From an uncultured Eubacterium sp. (GTDB lineage: Bacteria > Bacillota > Clostridia > Lachnospirales > Lachnospiraceae): a stretch of 64,000 nt of DNA. A program made the translations under genes and the position numbers. Positions 37,662-47,991 of this stretch are shown piece after piece. The notes under the pieces were generated by a model that did no database searches, had not been told where the DNA came from, and saw only the letters and a program-made list of their open reading frames with translations. How positions within the stretch are numbered: the first letter of the stretch is position 1; every line of letters starts with the position of its first letter. Location: positions 45,320 through 109,319 of the forward strand of contig CAMEJP010000001.1 in NCBI GenBank assembly GCA_945920185.1. Reading direction: 5' to 3'.

Positions 37662-40600
37662 TTAACATTTGTGTAACAAAATGTAACATTTGAGTTCAAA
37701 GGAATAAATATACATTTCCTTCACAGGCTTCCTAAGAATCTGTTCAAGGGCATTCTTATATAAAATAAGCTGTTCTCTGTATTTCTCAGTGAGTTCCTCA
37801 ATACCCTTTTCTTTATTTTTTATCCTGTCGGTCTTATAGTCCAGAAGAACTATTTCATCATTCTCTATAAAGAACATATCTATGATTCCCTGTATAAGCA
37901 CCATTTCATCACTGTCACCGACATTAAGATTGCTAGCGGTATCTCCAAATACAAACTGTCTTTCCCTGTACAGTTTTCCGCTGTCATAGGCATGCTTTAT
38001 TCTTTCTCCGACATCACTGTGGCAGAAATCATACACATCCTGTGCTGTCACCATAGCAATATCAGGTACAGGCATCTCAGACATCTGGCTGATAATCTCT
38101 GAAAGCGTTTCTGTCCTGTCATAATCCAAAAGCTCCATAACCTTATGGTATGCGGTTCCACGCAGGGCACCGACCTTTTCTTCTGACACGTTTCCTGCAA
38201 ATTCGGGAATTTTCTTTTTCTTTTCAGAGTAATCATACATACAGTCAAGTTCTTCCATAGCCATATGTTTTATCTCTGACACTGAATACTTAGACTTTAA
38301 TACCGTATCCTGACGATATGGATATTTTATATCCACATAATTATATGTCAAAGTTTCTGCCTTATGAGCCATTCTGTGTTTATCAAACATAACCGTATTT
38401 TCTGCCGTATATTTAAAATAACCGCAGGTATTTTCCATAATTACCGGCACAATCATATCGAGAAAGGAGTTGCTCTTTTTAAGGTCTTCTTTATTATATG
38501 TATAAGGAACATCCCATTTTTTCTTAGACAGGTCTTTTACCGTTCCCACAAGAATAAGCTTTTCTTTAGCTCTTGTAAGTGCAACATATAATACTCTTAG
38601 TTCCTCGCCAATCATATCTTCATTAATCTTATCTTTAATGACTGTCTTATAAAAAGATTCCCGCTTAACACGTCTTTTAAGGTCAACACAGTCCGTTCCT
38701 ATGCCATAATCCGCATCAATGACAAAAGTATTTCTGGCATCGCTCTTATTATGTCTCTTTCCTAGTCCTGCCACAAACACAACAGGGAACTCAAGACCCT
38801 TGCTCTTATGAATAGTCATTATACGCACCAGATTATCATTTTCTCCTATAACGGCAGTGTTACTGTAATCTACATCATATTTTTTCAGCTTTTCAATGTA
38901 TCTCAAAAAATTGAACAATCCGACATATGAGGTTTTTTCATAGTTCTTAGACTTTTCCACCAATATGTCAAGGTTAGACTTTCTGACCTTTTCATTACCG
39001 CACAGTTCCATATATGCATAGTATCCTGACGAGTACACAATTTCACTGACCAAATCGCTGACACCTGTATAAGAAGCCTTTTTTCTGAAACCGTTCAGCA
39101 TCTGAAAAAATCCAGTGCATTTTTTTGCAAGCTTCACATCGCTTCCCATACTGCAATACTTCAATACAGTCTCATACATCGAACCTTCCTTTGAGTAGGC
39201 TCTTATGCGTGCAAGCTCACCGGGATTAAAACCTCCGAAGTACGAAAGCATCGTTCCTGCAAAAGGTATGTCTTGTCTTGGATTATCTATTATGCTCAGA
39301 AAATTCAACACTTCCTTTATTTCCTTTGCCGAAAAATATCCTGTGTCCGAATTGTAAAATGCAGGTATTCCCTTGTCGTTAAGCACCTGAAGCAGTGCCT
39401 CGGCAGATACCCCTGCTGAACGCATAAGTATAACTATGTCACTGTATCTTAGCGGACGGCAGGTGCCCTCATCTTCATCATATATCTCATACTCGCTGTT
39501 TCCGACCATATCTTTAATCCTGTCTGCTATAACAGCACCTTCTCCTTCTGCATCGGTGTACACATCAAAGCCTTCCTTTTCTTCCTCGTCGTCATACACC
39601 GAGGTCTCCTTCTTGTCAATCACTATCACTTCCGTGGCAAATGTATCCTTGTATTCGTAATTTTCCTCGCTTCTTCCGAGATTTAGTTTAACTTCATCAT
39701 TATATTCCACATTTCCTACAGGAGCTTTCATAATTTTTAAGAAAATGTCATTTACCGATTCAAGTATATTTTTCCTGCTTCTGAAGTTCCTGCTAAGTTC
39801 TATCTTTACACTGTTTTGGTTATGTTCATCCGAAGTCTTGGCATTTTCTTTCTCACAGCATCCGTCCCCGTCAGACAATCCTTCAGAAATAATTTTTTCA
39901 TATGTGTTATACTTCTCCGTAAATATCTCAGGACGTGCCATTCTGAATTTGTATATGCTTTGTTTTACGTCACCCACCATAAACACATTATGCCTGTCCT
40001 TATTAAGACGTTCTTTGGATATGGCTGCTATGATTGCCTCCTGCACATAGTTGCTGTCCTGATACTCATCTATGAGTATCTCCTCATAGTTTTCGCACAA
40101 TTCATCAGCCACGCGCGAATACACACTGACACCGTCCTGTCGTTTAACCAGTATGTCAAGCGCCAAATGTTCCATGTCCGAAAAATCTATCACATTTTTT
40201 TCTCTCTTCCTGAGAGTGAGGCGACGCGAAAAATCTTTCACTAGCGAAACCAGAACTTTTACGCTATCTCCGCTGCTTTTTATTTCCTCAAAAATTTCAT
40301 CTGCACTTCTTGAATAATATTTTTCGCGAAGCGCTGCAAATTCATCCCTTAAACTCTTCAGCATATTTTTATACATCTGGTTATCGCCTGTGGTTCTACC
40401 CTTCGGCAGTGCAATACTCTCTCCCGTATTTTCAAAAAACTTATCATAAGGTCTGCCCGTTAATATCTCACATTCCTTCTTCAATATCTCAAAACCTTTT
40501 CGCAAAGTCAACCCGGTAGCAGACGTATCACCATTATTCTTATAGTAATTAAAACCGTCAAGTATATCCTCATAGGCATTTTTTGCCCTGCTTCTTATAT

Positions 40601-41255
40601 TTTCGACGGTTTTTACAAAAAACGTGTCTGACAGCATATCGTTTATATCATCATACTCATATCCTTTAACACATTTATCAAGCCATTCATCAGGCCACGG
40701 AAAACTTCTTGAGAGTGAATATGTGTTCAATATAATATCCTCTATGACCTTATCATTTTTTCCCTTTGAAAATCTGTCAACAAAATTAAGGAACGCTTTA
40801 TCCCCCTCCTTATAGAAATCCTCAAGCATTTCCTCCATAACTTCCGCCTTCATAAGCCCCATTTCACCCTCGTCAACCATTCGGAAAGAAGGGTCAATGT
40901 CTATCTCATTGAAGTTGTTACGGATAATGTTAAGACAGAAACTGTCAATAGTCGTTATGGCTGCCTGATGCACAAGCGGCAGCGACGCAAGAAGCCTGCT
41001 GTTTTCAGGCTGTCTTGCAAGTTCGCTGCTGATTCTGTTATATATTTTTTCTTTCATCTGCGAAGCTGCTGCATTTGTAAAGGTTACAACCACAATTCTG
41101 TCAATGCTTACAGGTCTTTTTTCATCAAGTATCATCTTGATTACTCTCTCTACAAGCACAGCCGTCTTACCTGAACCCGCCGCAGCAGACACAAGTATGT
41201 TTTTGTTTCTTGTATTTATGGCACTGCTTTGTTCTTCTGTCCAATTAGGCATCAT
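37662..41255 (-). CDS. addA: ATP-dependent helicase/nuclease subunit A
   Basis: It has the UvrD-like helicase N-terminus (WTEEQSSAINTRNKNILVSAAAGSGKTAVLVERV) and a C-terminal RecB-type nuclease (GIIDMFF...LLDYKTD). The start is at ATG 41255 (AGGAGG 5 nt upstream). Confidence 0.9.
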   Translation of the reverse strand: MMPNWTEEQSSAINTRNKNILVSAAAGSGKTAVLVERVIKMILDEKRPVSIDRIVVVTFTNAAASQMKEKIYNRISSELARQPENSRLLASLPLVHQAAITTIDSFCLNIIRNNFNEIDIDPSFRMVDEGEMGLMKAEVMEEMLEDFYKEGDKAFLNFVDRFSKGKNDKVIEDIILNTYSLSRSFPWPDEWLDKCVKGYEYDDINDMLSDTFFVKTVENIRSRAKNAYEDILDGFNYYKNNGDTSATGLTLRKGFEILKKECEILTGRPYDKFFENTGESIALPKGRTTGDNQMYKNMLKSLRDEFAALREKYYSRSADEIFEEIKSSGDSVKVLVSLVKDFSRRLTLRKREKNVIDFSDMEHLALDILVKRQDGVSVYSRVADELCENYEEILIDEYQDSNYVQEAIIAAISKERLNKDRHNVFMVGDVKQSIYKFRMARPEIFTEKYNTYEKIISEGLSDGDGCCEKENAKTSDEHNQNSVKIELSRNFRSRKNILESVNDIFLKIMKAPVGNVEYNDEVKLNLGRSEENYEYKDTFATEVIVIDKKETSVYDDEEEKEGFDVYTDAEGEGAVIADRIKDMVGNSEYEIYDEDEGTCRPLRYSDIVILMRSAGVSAEALLQVLNDKGIPAFYNSDTGYFSAKEIKEVLNFLSIIDNPRQDIPFAGTMLSYFGGFNPGELARIRAYSKEGSMYETVLKYCSMGSDVKLAKKCTGFFQMLNGFRKKASYTGVSDLVSEIVYSSGYYAYMELCGNEKVRKSNLDILVEKSKNYEKTSYVGLFNFLRYIEKLKKYDVDYSNTAVIGENDNLVRIMTIHKSKGLEFPVVFVAGLGKRHNKSDARNTFVIDADYGIGTDCVDLKRRVKRESFYKTVIKDKINEDMIGEELRVLYVALTRAKEKLILVGTVKDLSKKKWDVPYTYNKEDLKKSNSFLDMIVPVIMENTCGYFKYTAENTVMFDKHRMAHKAETLTYNYVDIKYPYRQDTVLKSKYSVSEIKHMAMEELDCMYDYSEKKKKIPEFAGNVSEEKVGALRGTAYHKVMELLDYDRTETLSEIISQMSEMPVPDIAMVTAQDVYDFCHSDVGERIKHAYDSGKLYRERQFVFGDTASNLNVGDSDEMVLIQGIIDMFFIENDEIVLLDYKTDRIKNKEKGIEELTEKYREQLILYKNALEQILRKPVKEMYIYSFELKCYILLHKC

Positions 41256-44200
41256 GCTCACCTCCTGACATTTCCTTTTCCGTATCCATAATTTCTAGTG
41301 AAGAACTGTTTTTGGCATTTGTATTGCCCGCACATAATATTTCCTGTTCCAAGGTCTCTTTATCTATCTTTTTAAGTCTTCTGTAGCCATAATCCTCCTC
41401 TTTATAGTCAAATCCGCATATAGAAGCATAACGGCAGTATTCGCAGGAAGTTTTATTTCCCTTCTGATACGGGCTCACGGAAACATTACCTCTCATTATC
41501 TCCTCGCCCGCCTCCCTTATCCTGTTTAGGGCATAGTCAGGCACACGTTCCATAACCTCATACGGAAAGACACCCGAATTTTTATCAGGAGTTCCGTCAC
41601 TTTTAAGTGTTAAAGGTACTGCCTGGGAAGACTTTTCAATACTGTTGTCCAAAAGCTCTATAACTCTTGTGTCGTCATTCAATATGCCTACCGGACGCAT
41701 CTCTTTAAGCAGTTCCGTTTCAGGCTCATCCGTATCCCTGACAATGGGATTTTTAAGAATATTATAGAATAAAGCTGCGGGAATCACAGATTTTTCCGAA
41801 CGTTTTTGCTCTATCAGAAGTGCTGCCTTCATATATACCATAAGCTGAAGATTAAGTCCGTAATATACATCCGTAAAGTCCAGTTTTTCATCATACGTCT
41901 TATAATCAACTACCTTAACATAAATGTTGTCTTTATCTTCGCATGTATCCACCCTGTCTATTCTTCCGTGAAGCTCTATACTTCCACCATCAGACAGCTT
42001 TATCATAAGGTCATTTCCCACCCTTTGAGGAGAAAACGGAAGTTCTGACGACTCTACGTTAAAGTTTCCCTTCTTTAGCTGTCTGCCTATTGCCCACACG
42101 GTTTTATCCACTATTCCTGTCATCTTTTCAAGCATATATTTATTTCTTTCACTTGAAAACATTATGGTATTCTTATAATCCTCTGCAGTAATTATGACGG
42201 CTTCTCTTACCATTTCACTGCGCTTTGCGTCAGGAATGTCTGAAAATGTATACTCACTGTCTTTGATTGATAAAGTAACCCTTCTTAAGACATCATGATA
42301 AAGGCTTCCGAGATCTGCCCCGGTCACCTCATAGCACTGCCTTTCGCTTAATTCCAAACCATATTGAAGAAAATGTGCAAACGCACACGAAATGTATTTC
42401 TCTATTCTGCTGACGCTTCCGTACAGCTCTTTTCCGTACAGCCCGACTGCCTCTGACGGCTCTATGTAAGATGCAGGCACAATTCTTTTTTCATATACGC
42501 TAGGTGCTTTATATATATAGTTTTCAAGACCGTCTATGTCACTCTCGCGAAGCACCTTAAGCGAAGGATACATACTCAGCATATTTCCTATAAGATATGA
42601 TTTTTGTATGCCCTTTCCCTCAAAATCAAATTTAGAGTATGACATATACAGCCTTTGTGAGGGCTTAGTCATATTAAGATAAAGATAAAATTTCTGAATA
42701 TATATGTTTTCTCGCTTAGTAGGTGCAAGCCCTGCCCCCACAGCCTTCATATTTTCCCTGTCAAATTCAGAAAGTATGCCGCCTTCATCTGATGCCTTAG
42801 GAATAATACCGTCATTTACACCGACAAAGAAAAGAACCTTGATATCTGAAAGTCTCGTTCTCTCAATGTCTCCCACGGTAACACTGTCAACAATGGGAGG
42901 TATTATGGATATCCTGACCTGTTCAAAACCTGTATCGAGTATGTTTGCAAGCTCGTCAGGAGGTATACACTGGTTTCCTATAAGCCTTACGGTTTTCTCA
43001 AATATGTCAATTACGCTGTCATATATCGTTTCAAATTCCTTTTCTAGCAGTTTTTCTCCTACCTCCGTTTTAATTGCAAGAAGTCTGTCATACACTCCTA
43101 TATCATCAAGATAAGCATATAACGCCTTTATAATATCAGAAACGGTTGCCCCCCTTTTGGTAATTGCCTTATACAAAGGCTCATATTTTTCCATATACCC
43201 TTTTCTCACGGAATTGATATATTCAAGATTAATTTCATCTGCAGAATTATATTTTTTCACCCATTCTTTTTTATAGGCAGAATATCCCTTTATTCCGCAG
43301 GCAATAACATAGTTCTCCAGTATATCGACAGCTTCATCCTCTATTCCCGTAAGTTTTGTTTTCAGCATTCTAAACACACTGTCATACGAAAAATTCTCGT
43401 GTGCCACCAAAAGAGAAGTTCTTATGAGTTCTATCAAAGGATTGCCAAGTACTCCCTTTTTATCGTCTATAAACGTAGAGATTCCGCTTGCCTCAAATAT
43501 TTTTGAAATATATTTTGAATATGCGGCATTGTCTCCCGACACCACGGCTATATCCTTAAACCTGTAACCCTCTTTTACCAGAGACTTTATCCTATACACC
43601 ACATAATTTATTTCCTGGTGCGGATTAAAAGCTTCAAAAATACTGATGCAATCGTCTGTTTTTCCTTCATACGGTGCATTCTTAAACCTGAAGACATTTT
43701 TTTCAAGATGCCTTAAAGGTTCGTTATTAAAACGCCTGCATACGCCATCATCCATAAGTATGTCTTCTTTACACTCTATATTGTTTTTATCAGCCAGCTC
43801 ATATAGCTTATTTATGGTTTCCTTGCTGAGATAAAAAAGTTCATGCTCGCCTGATATATTGCGGTAGTTCTCCTTCGTGTCCATAGTAACCGTAACCACT
43901 ACATTTTTTGCATGTATCATCAGCAGTTCAATAACCTTATACTGTATAGGCGTAAATCCTGTATATCCGTCAAATACCACCGTACTCTTCCTGATTATAT
44001 TTGAACTTCCGATATAAGTGCACAGGCATTTTAATATTTCCTCACTTGTAAGAAAATCCTCTCCCAGTTCTTTCTTAAATTCCGTGTATATAATACTGAT
44101 ATCTTTAAGTTTAGCGCCAAGAATCTTTTTGTTACCACACTTTTCCAACAGTTCATCCAGCTTTTCAACAGATATGTCATACTGTAAAAGCTCAGATATA

Positions 44201-44574
44201 AGCGACTTCATATTGACTACAAAGCCAACCTTGTTTACATTTTTAGAATATATTTCCAGCCTGTCTTTATTTTCCTCTATAACCTTTCTTAATATGAGCA
44301 GCTTACCACAGTCATCAAGTACAGGCTTCAATGTCACGTTCTGTTCCTCAAATATTCTATAAGCAAGTCTCTCAAAACTCACAATATCTATATTCATAAC
44401 ACCGTGGTCAGGATGGTTGAATACTATGTTTTTTTGCGTTTCCATAGTGAACTGCTCAGGTACTGCCACTATGTAACTGCCCTCTCTGTCATTTACGGAT
44501 GCAGCTATAAGTTTTTCGGTAAGATACCTGCTTTTGCCGCAGCCGCTTGCACCTATTATCAATTGAAATGCCAA
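41245..44574 (-). CDS. addB: ATP-dependent helicase/nuclease subunit B
   Basis: It has Walker A IIGASGCGKS and, at the C-terminus, a nuclease motif (VVDYKT) plus a Cys cluster (CEYCRYASICGF). I prefer the TTG start at 44574 (AAGGAAG ~8 nt upstream, giving MAFQLIIGASGCGKS). The ORF-track maximum extends to 44628. Confidence 0.85.
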   Translation of the reverse strand: MAFQLIIGASGCGKSRYLTEKLIAASVNDREGSYIVAVPEQFTMETQKNIVFNHPDHGVMNIDIVSFERLAYRIFEEQNVTLKPVLDDCGKLLILRKVIEENKDRLEIYSKNVNKVGFVVNMKSLISELLQYDISVEKLDELLEKCGNKKILGAKLKDISIIYTEFKKELGEDFLTSEEILKCLCTYIGSSNIIRKSTVVFDGYTGFTPIQYKVIELLMIHAKNVVVTVTMDTKENYRNISGEHELFYLSKETINKLYELADKNNIECKEDILMDDGVCRRFNNEPLRHLEKNVFRFKNAPYEGKTDDCISIFEAFNPHQEINYVVYRIKSLVKEGYRFKDIAVVSGDNAAYSKYISKIFEASGISTFIDDKKGVLGNPLIELIRTSLLVAHENFSYDSVFRMLKTKLTGIEDEAVDILENYVIACGIKGYSAYKKEWVKKYNSADEINLEYINSVRKGYMEKYEPLYKAITKRGATVSDIIKALYAYLDDIGVYDRLLAIKTEVGEKLLEKEFETIYDSVIDIFEKTVRLIGNQCIPPDELANILDTGFEQVRISIIPPIVDSVTVGDIERTRLSDIKVLFFVGVNDGIIPKASDEGGILSEFDRENMKAVGAGLAPTKRENIYIQKFYLYLNMTKPSQRLYMSYSKFDFEGKGIQKSYLIGNMLSMYPSLKVLRESDIDGLENYIYKAPSVYEKRIVPASYIEPSEAVGLYGKELYGSVSRIEKYISCAFAHFLQYGLELSERQCYEVTGADLGSLYHDVLRRVTLSIKDSEYTFSDIPDAKRSEMVREAVIITAEDYKNTIMFSSERNKYMLEKMTGIVDKTVWAIGRQLKKGNFNVESSELPFSPQRVGNDLMIKLSDGGSIELHGRIDRVDTCEDKDNIYVKVVDYKTYDEKLDFTDVYYGLNLQLMVYMKAALLIEQKRSEKSVIPAALFYNILKNPIVRDTDEPETELLKEMRPVGILNDDTRVIELLDNSIEKSSQAVPLTLKSDGTPDKNSGVFPYEVMERVPDYALNRIREAGEEIMRGNVSVSPYQKGNKTSCEYCRYASICGFDYKEEDYGYRRLKKIDKETLEQEILCAGNTNAKNSSSLEIMDTEKEMSGGEHDA

Positions 44575-44660
44575 ATATATCACTTCCTTTAAGTTATATT
44601 TCACTCTATGCAGCATATAATATATCAAACTTATCAGTATTGCAAAGAAAGGAGCTATGT

Positions 44661-45116
44661 ATGAACAGCCAGACCAAAATACTTATCATACGCTCGAAAG
44701 AATTATTATACACAGTTATAATATCCCTGCTTATTATATTTACCATAATTATGCTGGTACTCATTTTTGGCAAGAAAAATAACAGCGGCAAGGACGATAC
44801 TTCAAACATCGATTCTAATAAGACCTCTTATACCTACACGCCGGGAGTATATACCTCCGACCTGGTTATAGGCGGAAACGAACTCAGTCTTAAAGTTACG
44901 GTAGATGCCGACCGGATATGCTCCATAAGTCTTTTAAACACCAATGAATATGTAGAAACCATGTATCCTCTTTTGTCAAGTTCTTTAGAATCCCTGTCAA
45001 AGCAGATATGCACAAACAACAGCACGGATAATATCCAATTTGACGAAGGTAATCAGTACACCAGCATGCTGCTCCTTGATGCCATAAACAAAGCTTTAAA
45101 AAATGCCCGCAAATAG
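44661..45116 (+). CDS. Single-pass membrane protein, possibly with an FMN_bind-like extracytoplasmic domain
   Basis: The start ATG 44661 follows AAAGGAG. The TM helix is LLYTVIISLLIIFTIIMLVLIF. The segment YTPGVYTSDLVIGGNELSLKVTVDADRICSISLL...NQYTSMLLLDAINKALKNA resembles FMN_bind domains but lacks the SGAT flavinylation motif. Confidence 0.55.
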   Translation: MNSQTKILIIRSKELLYTVIISLLIIFTIIMLVLIFGKKNNSGKDDTSNIDSNKTSYTYTPGVYTSDLVIGGNELSLKVTVDADRICSISLLNTNEYVETMYPLLSSSLESLSKQICTNNSTDNIQFDEGNQYTSMLLLDAINKALKNARK

Positions 45117-45188
45117 CCGGAACCTTTACATATCAGGCAATGTATCTTAGTGGCGGATAATCCACTAAGACACATGCCGGATTATTAT

Positions 45189-45404
45189 CTAGTCCATCTC
45201 GTCGTTAGTTGTATTCCTTGTTGTGTTGTTGTTATTTGTTGTATTATTGTTATTTGTCTTGTTGGTTGTATCATCAGTCATTTCAGAAATATCACTCTCG
45301 ACTGTGTTCCCTATATCTTCGGCTGTACCATTTGTACAAGCTGTCATACAGCCAAGACACAATATCAACAAAAATCCCAAAGTAACACGTTTTAATAACT
45401 TCAT
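45189..45404 (-). CDS. Small Asn/Thr-rich lipoprotein (71 aa)
   Basis: MKLLKRVTLGFLLILCLGCMTA|C has a signal peptide and lipobox. The RBS is AGAGGA. The mature part is low-complexity (TNKTNNNNTTNNNNTTRNTTN). Confidence 0.55.
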   Translation of the reverse strand: MKLLKRVTLGFLLILCLGCMTACTNGTAEDIGNTVESDISEMTDDTTNKTNNNNTTNNNNTTRNTTNDEMD

Positions 45405-45487
45405 ATTGTCCTCTTATCCTCCATTTTTTAAGATTTTTCAAAGTTATTATGTGCGGGATTCAAAAATATATTCTTAACATTTATTTT

Positions 45488-45528
45488 AAAAAAAATCAAT
45501 ACTCGCGAATTGCTTCGCAATTTGCTCG
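45488..45528 (-). terminator. Possible terminator after the M20 peptidase gene
   Basis: The minus strand reads CGAGCAAAUUGC-gaa-GCAAUUCGCG. The U8 run comes only after an 8-nt spacer, which is atypical spacing. Confidence 0.35.
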
Positions 45529-46632
45529 TTATAAAAACGGCACTTCGTGCCTTTTTATATATTTTGAAACATCTTCAATAATTTTTTTGCAAATATCATA
45601 TCCTGTATAAATGGAAGATTCTTCAACCCACTCATTATAAGTATGTTCTCCTCCGCCATTATAGCAGCCTACGCATACAGCAGGAATATTTCTAGCCACG
45701 GAAGCATTGCAGTCAGTTGAGCCTATGGAATATGTCGGCATTTTTGCATAAAGAGATACTGCATTCTCACATATTTTTGTAAGAGCATCTGTCTCTTCTT
45801 TTATACCGTCGCCTCCGCATGGTCTTCTTCCGGTCTCCTTTACCTTTATCTCAACTTCGTCACCGCTGAATTTATCAATAATTTTGTGTATAGTGCTGTC
45901 AATATCTTTCATATTTTTGTACGATGCAGAGCGAACCTCATATAAAAATCTCACGCTGTCTGCTATTGTATTTACCGATATTCCGCCCTCTATAAGTCCC
46001 ACATTGTATGTGGTACACTCATGATTTGAAACATCAATATCATATATTTCCGATATTATTTTTGACGCTACAGCTATGGCGTTAGGAGTACCAAATGCAT
46101 TGAAAGAATGACCTCCACGGGTAGAAATTTTTACCTCATATCTTACAGAGCCCAAAGCCCTGTTTATAATATGATTATAAGTAAGGTCAAACGCTATATG
46201 TGCAGAAATTTTCCCTGAAAGACGGTCAAGCACCCTGTTGATTCCTATAAGATTTCCCTTTCCCTCCTCACAGGAATTAAAAGCCACTATGACATTTTCC
46301 GGGAATTCATTTTTCTCAAGCATATCGGTGAGTACACAAAGCAGGACATATACGTTTGCCGTATCATCGCCTGCTCCCGGCGCCATAATATTCCCATTCT
46401 CTCTTACTATATCTATATATTTATCCGCAAAAACCGTATCAAGATGAGCACTTACTAAAACAGCCGGTGTCTTAAGCCCGTCAGGAATCACTATAACATT
46501 GTTCACTTCGTCAGTTATGACGCATATATTTTCAAAATCCTTAAACTTATCCGCTATATAATGAGCCCTTTCCTCTTCACAAAATGTTTCCGCAGGTATG
46601 CTTACCAATTTCAAAAAATCTTCTACATTCAT
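45529..46632 (-). CDS. M20/M25/M40-family metallopeptidase
   Basis: It has SAHLDTVF, GAGDDTANV and CEEGKGNL metal-ligand contexts, and is 367 aa. Confidence 0.75.
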   Translation of the reverse strand: MNVEDFLKLVSIPAETFCEEERAHYIADKFKDFENICVITDEVNNVIVIPDGLKTPAVLVSAHLDTVFADKYIDIVRENGNIMAPGAGDDTANVYVLLCVLTDMLEKNEFPENVIVAFNSCEEGKGNLIGINRVLDRLSGKISAHIAFDLTYNHIINRALGSVRYEVKISTRGGHSFNAFGTPNAIAVASKIISEIYDIDVSNHECTTYNVGLIEGGISVNTIADSVRFLYEVRSASYKNMKDIDSTIHKIIDKFSGDEVEIKVKETGRRPCGGDGIKEETDALTKICENAVSLYAKMPTYSIGSTDCNASVARNIPAVCVGCYNGGGEHTYNEWVEESSIYTGYDICKKIIEDVSKYIKRHEVPFL

Positions 46633-46700
46633 TGTTTTATAATGCTCCTAACCTCCTGAAAACAAAAATAAAACATTAAAAAGTCCTATATTATACATAA

Positions 46701-46725
46701 GCGCAAGTGACTATGTCACCTGCGC
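46701..46725 (-). terminator. Strong hairpin downstream of ftsZ (possible terminator or processing site)
   Basis: The minus strand reads GCGCAGGUGAC-aua-GUCACUUGCGC, an 11-bp stem with one G-U pair. The U-tract (UUAUGUAU) is poor. Confidence 0.4.
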
Positions 46726-46746
46726 CCTTCAATCACATTTTGTTTA

Positions 46747-47895
46747 TTATTTTCTGTTTCTCTGTAAAAATTCAGGAATCTTGATTCCTCTGTCATCACC
46801 CGTCTGAGGTTCTCTTCGAACAGATGACTGATAAGCCATAGGCTGTATTGTCTGCTGAGGCTTCACTGTAGAATTACTTGTATTGACTGCCCTGAAATTG
46901 ATGCCCGATACACCCGGCTGAGCCTTAGCTTCAGCGGCTGCACCCTCCTGCTCAAGTCCTGTGGCAATAACCGTAATGGTTATCTGATCAGGATATGTAT
47001 CATCATATCTTGCACCGAATATAATATTGGCATCCTCTCCCGCAAGTTCCTGAACATAGCTAGCTGCTTCATTAGTCTCAAGAAGTCCTATATCACCTGA
47101 GAAATGAATGATAATGTTTGTAGCACCGTCAATATTTGTCTCAAGAAGCGGACTTGTAACTGCCTGCTTAACAGCCTCTATTGCCTTGTCATCACCTACT
47201 GCCGAACCGATACCGATATGAGCCATGCCTTTATTAGTCATGATAGTCTTAACATCGGCAAAATCGAGATTGATAAGTGCCGGAACATTAATCAAATCAG
47301 TGATACCAAGCACACCCTGCTGAAGAACCTCATCAGCCTTCTTAAGGGCTTCCGGCATCGTAGTCCTTCTGTCAACTATCTCAAGCAGCTTATCATTAGG
47401 TATAACAATAAGCGTATCTACGTTATCTTTTAACTTTTCAATACCTGCAAGTGCATTTTCCATTCTCTTCTTAGCCTCAAATCTGAAAGGCTTGGTTACT
47501 ACACCTACAGTAAGTATTCCCTGATCCTTGGCAATCTTTGCTACAACAGGAGCTGCACCTGTACCTGTTCCGCCACCCATACCACAGGTAACGAACACCA
47601 TATCAGCACCCTTTATAGCCTGTGAAATCTCTTCTGCACTTTCCTCCGCTGCCTTTTCACCTACCTCAGGCTGTGCTCCTGCACCAAGTCCCTTTGTAAG
47701 CTTTTCTCCTATCTGAAGAGTAGTAGTAGCCTTACATGACTGTAAAGCCTGCTTATCCGTATTAAGTGCGATAAATTCAACACCTCCTACGCTCTCTTCT
47801 ATCATTCTGTTAACAGCGTTATTTCCTGCACCGCCTACGCCGATTACAATTATCTTTGCAGCTGACTGTGACTCGTTTGTCTTTATCTCTAACAA
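46747..47895 (-). CDS. ftsZ: Cell division protein FtsZ
   Basis: It has [17 protein letters not shown] and [15 protein letters not shown]. The start codon is TTG (47895..47893), with AGGAGG 8 nt upstream. There is no nearby in-frame ATG. Confidence 0.95.
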   Translation of the reverse strand: MLEIKTNESQSAAKIIVIGVGGAGNNAVNRMIEESVGGVEFIALNTDKQALQSCKATTTLQIGEKLTKGLGAGAQPEVGEKAAEESAEEISQAIKGADMVFVTCGMGGGTGTGAAPVVAKIAKDQGILTVGVVTKPFRFEAKKRMENALAGIEKLKDNVDTLIVIPNDKLLEIVDRRTTMPEALKKADEVLQQGVLGITDLINVPALINLDFADVKTIMTNKGMAHIGIGSAVGDDKAIEAVKQAVTSPLLETNIDGATNIIIHFSGDIGLLETNEAASYVQELAGEDANIIFGARYDDTYPDQITITVIATGLEQEGAAAEAKAQPGVSGINFRAVNTSNSTVKPQQTIQPMAYQSSVRREPQTGDDRGIKIPEFLQRNRK

Positions 47896-47991
47896 GGTCT
47901 TGTCCTCCTATCAAATCCATTTTCATCTAACTTATATAATATATTTTTTTACGAAAAATTTCAACATATATTTTACATTTTGCAATATTTT

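Noticed and set aside
45146-45169. A perfect 8-bp palindrome between two convergent small genes, considered as a terminator.
   Set aside because: It has no U-tract on either side and the stem is short. It is mentioned under the small-protein finding but not called as a terminator.
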